Origin: Cyanidioschyzon merolae | Taxonomy: Eukaryota | NCBI GenBank assembly: GCA_000091205.1 | Contig: AP006487.2 | DNA: 64,000 nucleotides | Direction: 5' to 3' (one strand) | Shown: piece by piece, positions 54,784 to 64,000 of the stretch | How the letters are laid out: each line of letters begins with the position of its first letter | How positions within the stretch are numbered: the first letter of the stretch is position 1 | The notes under the pieces: generated by a model | Told to the model about the DNA's origin: nothing | The model's input: the letters and a program-made list of their open reading frames with translations, nothing else | Databases searched by the model: none | Made by a program: the position numbers and the translations under genes

Positions 54784-56205
54784 CTTTTCGAAAGGCACAA
54801 ATTATCTTCCTCCCCGAGGTGCAGCCGCACCGTCCATCACCAGGACGTACACACTCTCACCAGTGAACTCGGATTGAATGGTCCAGAGGATTGGCGGCGG
54901 ATGGCGGCCGCCGCACGGCTACTTCGCCGCGGCAGTCCGCCGCCGCACATGCTTGGAGTCGCTCGCGCGCCATGGCCGAATCGCATTCAGCTGAACTCTG
55001 TTCCTCTCCTTTTTAGAGAAGGAAATTGAAATCGATATGCAATGCATCCTATGGATCGGAGACGAATTGCCCCTAGGATGTATGTTTCACCGAATAGTGC
55101 AGGGATGATTGTATTTCTCTTTCAGGGCAATCATAATATAATTATCAGGTAGTTAAGGAACACTGGAAGAAAGAAAAAGATGCGCTGCCCGCCAAAAACC
55201 GATATTCTCAAACCGTGTTTGTGGGCAATGGTAGAAAAGGACCCGTTGAGCACTTTACGGAAAGCAAAGAGCGACGATAGTTGCCACCACGGGCGTCTCT
55301 GTTTCCCAACAGCTTGTTCGCTTGGTCCTGAAACCCCTAGGATACAGTCGCGAAAAAAGAGTCCTGGTTCACGCACGGCCATCTTCCATCTAAATCGCAA
55401 TAACAGCGTTCCTGAAACTCGGGGATCGGTATGCAGTACAGAGACGTTGATTTGTATTTTCAGTCGATGAGACTTGCCTCGGACCAAACGTTGGTACATA
55501 TTTGAGTATTCGCGGAGAGGGAGCCCGTTGTATGTACGATCGCTCTCGACGAGAACGAGGGCATCATCTATTCTAGCTGCGGTGGATTCATTTGGCGGCC
55601 GCCGTTTTGCTGGCACAGAGGGCTCGCACAACAGGACCAACCACTTTGTCCAACCATTGAAGACTCTTCCCTGCCGTCTGGCGACGTTCCCCTATCGGAA
55701 ATCGTGGGGTATAACCATTCCCCTGGGGTTCGAGTTTTCGAAGAATCTTTCGGGGTAGAGCTGTTTTTCATTCCTCCACACGCTCCAGGGTTGAAGCCCA
55801 TCTATGGAGTGTTTTCTATCGTGAAACGTTATGATCGCCTCACCGAGCGCATCGCTGCAGCTTTCTGTACACGGTGATACAGCGGCACATTCCGTCCTTC
55901 TTCTGCAAGTGCCTCTCACTCCGGAAAGATCCTCATCTAAGCGAATAAAGGAGAACGTTCATTTGATGAAATAAAAAATCCGAGGGAAAGGTACGGTCAT
56001 ATAAGTCAAGGATCCTGGAGGTACATGTCGTCGGCTGACAAAAGAAAATGAAAAATCCTCTTCTCGCCGACCATCGAGCGAAGAAGAAGAGGGGAGATAG
56101 ACCAGGAAAGGTGTTTGCCCTGCGGGACAAAAACTAGACTGTAGGGTCACTGACGGCACGAGTTCTAGGACTCCCTGAACAGCTAAATCCCATCAAAAGC
56201 AACAA

Positions 56206-56500
56206 ATGCATATCGTTCTTGAACGGAGACTTCAACGACGCCATCAATATCAGACGATGTGCAGTGCTGAATACGAGGCCTGCGGAGCTGACTCGACCGA
56301 ATGTTCTGGGGCAACCTCTCAGGCTCGAAGTCTACAGAGAGAAGCTGAAGCCGATGGCAGGGCGCCTTTCGGGAAAGGCTGTGAGGCGTCTGCGAGTGGG
56401 TTACATAAATAGAAATATATGCTCTATAGTAGCGAACGGTTTTCCGTTTTGCTCTATATATAGGTTCGATTTGAAACACATTCTCAGCAGGGCGTAGCCT
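56206..56500 (+). pseudogene. Fourth, short fragment (E4) of the Fanzor/TnpB-like gene: RuvC-III plus conserved C-terminal tail
   Basis: ...GDFNDAINIRRCAVLNTRPAELTRPNVLGQPLRLEVYREKLKPMAGRLSGKAVRRLRVGYINRN aligns with the E3 tail (QPLKIEVYSEHLKPIEGSGRERRVRVCGCGLIYRI) and with the frame-shifted E2 tail. No upstream RuvC-I/II sequence is present. Confidence 0.55.
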
Positions 56501-56819
56501 TCGTCTAGAGACAGTCGAGACCAAACGCTCAGAAAGTTAATGTTACCACAAAATCTCGTCATTCGATTCAAGAAGCGGTACGTGCATGTCTTTGGTTGAC
56601 GCGCACCCTAGCAACGCGTACCGAGAACCATCCAGGCACGAAAATACGTGCCGGGCGACGGCGTTGCAGAATCCGGATTTTGGTGATAACACGTAGGGTA
56701 TTCTTAGCACCCGTCTTACTGTTCTCGCGTTCGCAAGAATCACGCCGCGGGACGCTGTAGGGACCGACTTGTTGTGACGGAAGTGATCCGCACTCTTCAT
56801 CGTACCTCGAGTGCCGAAG

Positions 56820-59800
56820 ATGGTTCGTCTATACCCCACGTTCAAGGCAGAAAAAGTCCTCGGGGTGGTTGCTAGCCCGTACGGGACTGTCATAGGCGCA
56901 CATGGAGGGGGTGGTAGTTACTTCGTTGGAAACCAGACGATAGGTTTCTTCCGATTGCCATGCGCACCATCCAGTACGCGGAAAAGCGTTTCAGACCTGG
57001 ACTCGCAACCGCGAAAGGATCGGAGTCTGAAGCGTGGCCCACTTCTGTACGTTGCAGTGGCCGCTGTGGAGGCCGTTCACGTTTGGGAGACACGACGTGC
57101 CCGCCTTGTCGCGAGACTGACCAATGTGTCAGTGCTATCTCCGGTAACGTGCATCAGCTGCACCCTGGATCTCGGGTCACTGACTAAGCACACAGACCAG
57201 GATCAACGACGCTCTTCGGGTCCACAAATGGTGTCGTCTGTATGGTATATGATTGCTGCCGGCCATGCTGACGGTACGATATCGCTCTACGTGCTCCAAG
57301 CGAGCGAAGGACAAGCCAGGAGTACTTGGTACGACAAAGCAGCGTACCCGTTTGGGCAAACCCAAGGAGACGCTACCCAGTCGGAGCCATCAGCCGCATC
57401 AGGTGGCGTGGATCACGCTGTGTTCAGACTCTGCGATACGAAGCGGCTTCAGGGGCATCGAAGTGGCGTGACTTGTCTCGCCTTCTCTGGAGACAGCGCC
57501 CATCTCGCCTGCGGATGCCGAAACGGAGATGTCAGCCTCTGGGACATTTGGTCGGAACAGTGCATTCTCCAGCTTCGCGGTCTTCATTCGGATCTGGTGA
57601 CCTCGCTGTGCTTCATTGGGAATTCCGAAGACAACATTACGTTCGATGCAATGCAAAGCACCAGACGAGGTAACGCGCTGTACCGAGGAAAAGTGCTTCT
57701 GAGCAGCGGCAAGGATGCCGTGATTAAACTGGTGGATCTGGAAACGCAAGACTGCCTTCAGGCGCTGTTTTGTGAACAGAGCGCCATATGGAGCACCGTA
57801 TACCTAGCGAAGCGGAAACTGTTTCTCGCTGGAAATAACGACGGGGACATTCACCTTTGGCGGCAGAATGCAGCGGCCTCTGGTGACGCGCACGCATGGC
57901 GCCCGCCGTCGCATGGCACGCATTTCACGAAGATCGGCGTCGTGCATCGAGCCCGCGCACGATCGCGACTTTTGGGCCTCTGCGCGGCGCCTGATGATTC
58001 TTTTGTGATCGGCTTCGATGCGGATCGAAACTTGGAGTTTTACGAGGTACGTGATGAGAGTGGTGTCAAGCGACATATCAAGAGAAGGCGCAAACGGGCA
58101 GCGAAAAAACATGCGATGGAGCATGTTTCAAGTGCGAATTCATGCCTCGAGGGCGAATCCGGTGACGGAGACGATGCGATGCGCAATGAGCTGGAAGCGT
58201 CGGATTTTCTCTGTCTGCGCTTGCAAACCAAGTTTGAGTGTAAGATCTTATCACTTGCATGTATTACAAACGGTGATAGATTCGGAAAAGATCGCATGGA
58301 AAACTTAATGTTTATCGTTCATCGCGCAAATAACGCTGTGAGCGTTGAAAACGCATGCATGATTCTCGGAGACACACAAAACGAGGTTTCGGGCGAGATA
58401 AGCCTAGCAAATGTGACGAATGCTACTCGCGAGACCAGGCTCGAAACGTCCCCCGTTCGAGTGTCTGGAGTGGAGTGCGCATTGTATATTGGCGGCGACG
58501 GGCATCCGCAACCTGTCACCGCCCTTGCCCTATCTGATGACTTCGATCAGTTTCTGAGCGCCAGTATGAAATCCGTTCCATTACCTCGAGTCGGCCATCC
58601 GCTGATCCTATCAGCGGCGCAGGACATTCGAATTTGGAATAGTGGCACAGGGCAGTGCCTGTGCTCTATAGAGCTTCCGGATGCAGGTGAAAGGAAGAGA
58701 CCAACCGTGACTGCTGTCATGTTTCTGCGCCCGCCGTCCGACGCGGGAGCTTCCTTTGTCGAGGGGAAGTATGCAGCTGTAGCAACGAACAAAGGTGCCG
58801 TCATGATTCTCGACTGCGAATCGGGAGTGATTCTGGAAAAGCAATCGATAGCGCCAGCGAATGGGGCACCTACAGGACCAGTCATTCGGGCGATGGCACA
58901 ATCAGCTTCGGGTAATTTCATAGCAGTGGGCGGCAACGCCGGCTTTGTTAGTTTCCACCGCTTGAGCTTCTCTGGAACAACCTGGAGCGTTCACGATGCT
59001 CCTCGACTCGAGGTTGCAAATGAAATTACAGCGCTATGCTTCACGCCTAACGAGGAACTCATCCTTGTTGCGCTCACGGATATGACGGTTCGTGCGTTCC
59101 GAATGGATTCACTCTCTTTTGCACTTTCTTTCTATGGACACAAGTTGCCGGTAACCACCATGGACATTAGTGGTGACTCGAAGATGCTTGTTACGGGCTC
59201 CATGGACAAATCGATCAGACTTTGGGGGCTGCAATTCGGCGACTGCATTAGATGCATCTCGCGCGCCCACGAAGATGGTGTCACATGCGTGCGCTTCGAC
59301 TATAGTAATCCTCGCTGCTTTTGGTCTGGCGGACGGGACGGCAGTCTGCGCTACTGGGACGCTGATCTTGCTGCTGATCGAAGTTTTATTTGCACACTTG
59401 ACGGCAAGAATGTGCTCGCTGAAAATGGCTGGGGCCACCGCAGCGGTACGGTCACAAGCATCGCGCCAAGCGGTCGAGGGGAAATCGTCGTCAGCGCTGG
59501 AACGGACCATAGCATCCGTGTTTGGCATCGTCTGGATGATCAGATTGTTGCTGGAGAAGAAGGCGAACGAGCTCTTCGAGAGCACTTCGAAACGGACGCT
59601 CTGAAGGATCAAGAATCGGACTACATAGGAATCATTGAGGCAGAGGAGAATGAAAGTGAAGCAGCCTACGAGCCAGCGACCAGCGTCGGGAGCATTCACA
59701 ACACACCAAACTCTCTGAAAACCCTGGACAGTATTGCTGCTACAGATCGAATCATTGAGCAGATGGCGAGATTCGAGGATGAAACTCGTTTGGATGGGTC

Positions 59801-60167
59801 CTCCGCGAAAAAACAGCGCATCAGCGAATTGCTTCCACTTCTGCGGAGTATCCGCACAACGCATTACAATGCGGCGCTCACCGCGTTACCGATGGGCTCA
59901 GCATTGATGCTCGCTCGAATTTGCCTCGAAACGGCGGAACACCCGGAAGATTTCATCCAGTGCTCTCTAAGTGATCGAGAGTTACTCATTCGCACGGTTT
60001 TGAAATTGATCAAGGATCGATTTCGAGAATTCTGTGTTCATATTGCAGGTCCCGAAGGAAACCAGACCAGAAAATTCGTTTCGACTTTCCGGCAGCGAGC
60101 ACAAGCTTTTGTACGCGATTCGCGCAGCATTGTCGGGATGAATATCGCCGCTTTGCGGATGATTTAG
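56820..60167 (+). CDS. WD40-repeat small-subunit processome protein, WDR3/UTP12 (Dip2)-like, with a C-terminal Utp12 domain
   Basis: Multiple WD repeats (GDVSLWDIWSEQC; TGSMDKSIRLWGLQFGDCIRCISRAHEDGVTCVRFD; GGRDGSLRYWDADLAADRSFICTLDG; SAGTDHSIRVWHRLDDQ) followed by a Utp12-like helical C-terminus (...AATDRIIEQMARFEDE...LLPLLRSIRTTHYNAALTALPMGSALMLARICLE...). First ATG at 56820. The ORF track start is GTG at 56811. Confidence 0.8.
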   Translation: MVRLYPTFKAEKVLGVVASPYGTVIGAHGGGGSYFVGNQTIGFFRLPCAPSSTRKSVSDLDSQPRKDRSLKRGPLLYVAVAAVEAVHVWETRRARLVARLTNVSVLSPVTCISCTLDLGSLTKHTDQDQRRSSGPQMVSSVWYMIAAGHADGTISLYVLQASEGQARSTWYDKAAYPFGQTQGDATQSEPSAASGGVDHAVFRLCDTKRLQGHRSGVTCLAFSGDSAHLACGCRNGDVSLWDIWSEQCILQLRGLHSDLVTSLCFIGNSEDNITFDAMQSTRRGNALYRGKVLLSSGKDAVIKLVDLETQDCLQALFCEQSAIWSTVYLAKRKLFLAGNNDGDIHLWRQNAAASGDAHAWRPPSHGTHFTKIGVVHRARARSRLLGLCAAPDDSFVIGFDADRNLEFYEVRDESGVKRHIKRRRKRAAKKHAMEHVSSANSCLEGESGDGDDAMRNELEASDFLCLRLQTKFECKILSLACITNGDRFGKDRMENLMFIVHRANNAVSVENACMILGDTQNEVSGEISLANVTNATRETRLETSPVRVSGVECALYIGGDGHPQPVTALALSDDFDQFLSASMKSVPLPRVGHPLILSAAQDIRIWNSGTGQCLCSIELPDAGERKRPTVTAVMFLRPPSDAGASFVEGKYAAVATNKGAVMILDCESGVILEKQSIAPANGAPTGPVIRAMAQSASGNFIAVGGNAGFVSFHRLSFSGTTWSVHDAPRLEVANEITALCFTPNEELILVALTDMTVRAFRMDSLSFALSFYGHKLPVTTMDISGDSKMLVTGSMDKSIRLWGLQFGDCIRCISRAHEDGVTCVRFDYSNPRCFWSGGRDGSLRYWDADLAADRSFICTLDGKNVLAENGWGHRSGTVTSIAPSGRGEIVVSAGTDHSIRVWHRLDDQIVAGEEGERALREHFETDALKDQESDYIGIIEAEENESEAAYEPATSVGSIHNTPNSLKTLDSIAATDRIIEQMARFEDETRLDGSSAKKQRISELLPLLRSIRTTHYNAALTALPMGSALMLARICLETAEHPEDFIQCSLSDRELLIRTVLKLIKDRFREFCVHIAGPEGNQTRKFVSTFRQRAQAFVRDSRSIVGMNIAALRMI

Positions 60168-60849
60168 CTCTGAGTACCTGGCTTCGTGAAGGCGAGCTAG
60201 ATCTCACTAAAAATGATTCAGATGCAAATATTCTGGCCAGGCGCGGAGGTTCGAGTTTCGACTCTGGAACCATCGACAGCCGCCAACGAATCCTGCTTCT
60301 AAAGTGCTACGTTCACACCCAGTTCGCAGTCAGCGTGTAACAGCCCGCCTCCGATAATTCGGTCGTAAAAACTAATGTTTGGGAATGCTCCCGCTGTCGA
60401 AAAAATCAGCCTTTGCGGTCCTTTTCTCCAAGGGCTGCCTTTTCCTCTCTCGTAGCCGCAGCTTTAAATATTTCGGTCTCCCGTGACCCTCCAGCTCCCG
60501 TTTCAGAACTCTAGAAATGTTGATGGCGGCGTTAAAATCCCGTGTTCGCAGCTTCTGGTAGTTGTCGTCGCGTTTGGTGCACAGGCGGATGTTGCGATCT
60601 ACGCCTCGCTTGCCTTTTTTTCATCTTTGTGTACGGCCAAGGAGCGTCCTCTGCAGCGGTGGCACCTGGCTTTTGTACGGTGTTCCTATATGTGCAACGC
60701 GCCTTCCCCAATGAGGTTCACACTGTAGCCTGTGAACGCTCGCTTCAGCGCTCGATCCATGCCCTAGACGGTCGCAGAGCGATCCTGTCGATACATCCAT
60801 CGATTTTAGAGCCCGCTGTCGTATCCCGCTATCATGGAAGTCTTGTACG

Positions 60850-61260
60850 TGAGCCACTTAGCGAGTACTCTCCGTTCTGCAGACGCAACCGCATGGCGTT
60901 CCATTCGGTAGAGCATTTGCGGAGCGCGATATTGCTGATGATGAAACAAAAATCGGAAAGAAAATCATGGATAGAGAACAAGTCAGGAAGTGTTTATCCG
61001 TCAATGCTCCATTCGCGCAAAGCGGTGACGTACACTCGACTACAAGCGATCGCAATGATGAATCAAGTCCGAGTCCAAGAAAATTCTCCATGTAAGAAGA
61101 GGAGTCGGGAGCCTTTGAGAGCATATCCCGCCAGAGATATCTCGCTGCTGCCGAACGCGGTTTCTTCGATGTCTGCAAAGATTGGAGAATTTGCTTTTCA
61201 AACTGAAGGGATTAACTGTGTTGAGAAATTCAGCGTAGTTTCAGCATGAGTTCGTGAAAA
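60850..61260 (+). repeat. Diverged fragment (B4) of repeat family B, overlapping the 60542-61249 ORF
   Basis: Translated and DNA similarity to B1/B2 (HSVEHLRSAILLMMKQKSERKSW...SVYPSML vs RSIESLWNAMSTMMKQVPLGESRTEK...SFYPSTL) and to B3 (VSSMSAKIGEFAFQTEG vs VSSMSAKRAEFAFQTES). The 235-aa ORF is therefore probably repeat-derived, not a host gene. Confidence 0.5.
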
Positions 61261-62390
61261 AGTTGCCAAAGGGCGACGTCGATATTTATTTATCGCCGAT
61301 CCACTGGCGCGAATTTGTACGGCCACAAGTAGACTTACAACAGGGAGATCGAGTACTTGAAGAATGCATGGTTTCAGCATTCTAAACAGGAAAAAAGGGG
61401 AAGAACGGAGGCTTCTGCGTATGAACTGGTAAATGATATAGGTAATTTGACGTAATCATGTTCATCGGCGTCGTTATTCAACTTAAAGACAGTGACGTAA
61501 CAAATTCCGGCTCCAAAATGTCGAAAAGGTCACTCCCTAAAGACGACCGAGAATCCTAAAACGAAGCGTGAATCTGTAAGCTTTTGCTGCCGCACTTCAA
61601 ATGCCGACGCTGCACGCCTAACAAAGTTCCATTAAAATCCAAAGATGGTAACAGAGCTAGCGGTTCAGTGCCCCATATTAATCTTTTGCGGATGCAGAGG
61701 CTGCGGTGCGGAGTCGGCCATAGGTAGCTCGCAGCCGCTTTCGCGACATATCCGTATATGGGCCTCGTCGCTGCAATTTCCGGCGCCATGCAGGAGGATA
61801 TCTGCGTTTGCGTGCGGTTCGACGACACTTTGTCTTCGACTGAGGGTCTGGGCCTGTGTCTCGAGCAGGTAAGCAGTGTGGACTCCAGCAAATGGAGTCA
61901 GGGACATCATGGATGTTCCGAGGTCCATGCATCTCATTCGGAAATTCATGTCCGGAGCCGGCTGCCGTAATAGGCATATGCCGCAATGATGATTTCCTCT
62001 GACTTGGCTATCGAAAGATGTCTCGGGGCATCGAAATTCTACAGAGTCCGTCTAGAGTATCTATTTCTGTGCGTGGAGACACAACAGCACGAATAGGCAA
62101 TGCTATGATATTGTGGCTCTTATCACACGAGCGAGCAAGATGATGCGAATCATGTGCGATCATTGCGAGTCCACTTTCCAGTGGCGAAGAAAGAGCCAGA
62201 GCGAAGGCAACTTATGCCGTTTGTTGAACCGCGAGAGGTAAGACGGTTCCCGGGCACGGAGGCGAGCTGATCGTGTTGTAACCGCCCCAGCTAAACTTCC
62301 ATCAAGAAACCTTTCCCGCAAACTTCACGACAAGTAAACTCGTAGCTCGTCCATGTACCTAGAAAGGAGACTTCTCTGGTTAGGAGCGCT

Positions 62391-62915
62391 TCACGGTGCG
62401 CGCGAAGTTTGAACTGATTGCGTCAACGAGCCCTCGCGATCATGCCTCAATTCTGTTGTTGACTGTGCCGCTGCATCTTGCAAATGCCTAATTTTCCTAT
62501 CATTCTTCGAGCTTTCGGAAGAGAAGGACTTTTTCAAGTCATACCTATACTCTACAGCCTCGCAGAACAAGAAAATCGCGGCAGCTGGAAGTAGTGCGTA
62601 GAGAAAGTTGCGCAAGTGCCAGTCCCACTTTAAGCGTCTCCTATACGGAGACCAAGCGACATCGTGGCGTGTTCGCTCGTTGTACGGTGTAAAGAGGGCC
62701 TTAAACATGTTTTCATCCTCAACCATTCGAGAAGGTTGTCGCCAGCTGGCAAGCGGCTTCCTTTGTAGGCAACATGCAATTCGGATCGTTTCGTTCACAG
62801 ATCGCGTGCGATCGCGGTTCCTGCCCGCGGCCCTCAGGAGCATCCAGTCGATGAACCGTGTTCTATACGGGTCTGCCAACGGTGAGACAAAAGCTGAGAC
62901 GATTGTCATTTTCAC
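62391..62915 (-). CDS. Hypothetical small protein with one predicted transmembrane helix
   Basis: 174-aa ORF. Hydrophobic stretch FLYALLPAAAIFLFCEAV preceded by a basic segment. No family recognised. Weak call. Confidence 0.25.
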   Translation of the reverse strand: MKMTIVSAFVSPLADPYRTRFIDWMLLRAAGRNRDRTRSVNETIRIACCLQRKPLASWRQPSRMVEDENMFKALFTPYNERTRHDVAWSPYRRRLKWDWHLRNFLYALLPAAAIFLFCEAVEYRYDLKKSFSSESSKNDRKIRHLQDAAAQSTTELRHDREGSLTQSVQTSRAP

Positions 62916-63577
62916 ACGCTGCGACTGTTTTTGCTGTCAACAGTCGATCATGTGGGCGTGGCGTATCGTTTCAAGGGACGGGTTGGCAGACCAAATCATT
63001 TGAAACGGGCGGTCTTGTACGGTATCGAGCGGATATTGCATTTAACTCCACGCATCATGCATGGAGCTCTTCAGTCGTACCAAAAGTTGGCAACGTCGGT
63101 GACCGGTGGAAGGGGGCAGCTCAGTGATGTCCGCGGAGACGCCTCATCCACAGAGTCTCCGTAAACCGTCACGGCGCAGCGTTTCGCATACCACCGTGCT
63201 GGCTTTGACCAAATGGAGGCCGCCGCAGTCACGTGGAGAGTAAACGATGCTTTTCCAAGTGATATGCCGATCATACCCGTCTGGCGTCCATACAGAAACC
63301 CGATAGATCCAGCCTTCTGCCCGTCTATTTTCGCAGCCGAAGTCATTGGCGCGATGACAGCACTCCGAAGATCGCGCCACGCTAACCGGAAGGGAATTCC
63401 CTTCCGCGGCGGAAAGGTTTCCGTCTGAACCACAATGTCCATCTCGCTGGTTTAGAGGAATACCTCGCCATTAGGGAATTTGTTTCGGCGCCACCGTCGT
63501 CCTGAACGATCCTGCGATAGAGGCCTTTTTCCTACGTTGCATTGTTAGAGCGTTGGAAAGCTAGGACTTGATTTTCA

Positions 63578-63796
63578 ATGGCAAAGTCAAAGAACCACAC
63601 AAACCATAATCAGTCACGGAAAGCGCATCGCAACGGAATAAAGCGGCCCCGTAGTCACCGGTACGCGTCAACGAAAGGAATGTACCAAAAGTTTCTGCGG
63701 AACCAGCGGTTTGCCCGGAAGGGTTCGGTGCTGGCTCTGAAACTTGCACGAAGACAAGCGCGCAGAGCCGCGGAGCAGAAAATGGAGACGGTGTAG
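63578..63796 (+). CDS. RPL29: 60S ribosomal protein eL29
   Basis: [49 protein letters not shown]... is a near-canonical eL29 N-terminus ([22 protein letters not shown]). ATG start, 72 aa, in-frame stop. Confidence 0.85.
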   Translation: MAKSKNHTNHNQSRKAHRNGIKRPRSHRYASTKGMYQKFLRNQRFARKGSVLALKLARRQARRAAEQKMETV

Positions 63797-64000
63797 GTTT
63801 CGCGTGTTACCTCAAATATGAAGACGAGTTCCGATGATCGAGAGGTCGCAACCGGCTCGAAGCGGGTTTCGGCTTCTGGACCATAGTCCCGTTCAGCAGC
63901 TTGGCACGCTGGGTTCACCGGCAAGCATCTCTTGCCTCAACTTCAGGTGACAGGAAACCAGGGTGACCGATACTTTGCGAGCGAAGTTGCGTAACGACGG

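Noticed and set aside
60542-61249. 235-aa ORF that could be annotated as a host hypothetical protein
   Set aside because: Its C-terminal two-thirds are homologous to repeat family B copies (21890-22300, 41115-42300, 51080-52268), so it is more likely repeat-derived.
1-64000. CRISPR arrays or prokaryotic defence islands
   Set aside because: No short regularly spaced direct repeats. Gene content and intron evidence indicate a eukaryotic nuclear locus.

Overview
The window looks like nuclear DNA from a GC-rich (~57%) eukaryote whose genes have few introns. Most genes are single long ORFs containing poly-Ala, poly-Gln, poly-Asp and poly-Gly codon runs. One gene, a calmodulin-like gene, has a clear GT-AG intron with an ACTAAC branch point, and eukaryote-specific proteins are present (SMC4 condensin, a WDR3/UTP12-like protein, a VHS-GAT adaptor, ribosomal protein eL29). 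Three genes suggest a plastid-bearing alga or plant relative: Thf1/Psb29 with a Phe-rich N-terminal presequence, a CCT-motif protein, and a PurE-PurC fusion with a transit-peptide-like N-terminus. Confidently called genes: bifunctional AIR carboxylase/SAICAR synthetase, an RNA-polymerase zinc-ribbon subunit, a VHS-GAT protein, SMC4, a RING protein, an MDR-type dehydrogenase, calmodulin-like (2 exons), cysteinyl-tRNA synthetase, a BRCT protein, an SBP2-like L7Ae protein, Thf1, tRNA-Gly(UCC), a CCT-motif protein, a WDR3/UTP12-like protein and eL29. The most interesting content is repetitive. Four copies of a eukaryotic TnpB-like (Fanzor-like) RuvC nuclease element are present, ranging from near-complete to fragmentary, and each sits next to a host gene. 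Three of them carry a shared ~600-bp 5-prime repeat, and all four share a conserved 3-prime tail. A second unrelated repeat family (B) forms a ~1.2-kb inverted pair flanking an 8.8-kb gene-containing segment. There are also minisatellite and microsatellite arrays.
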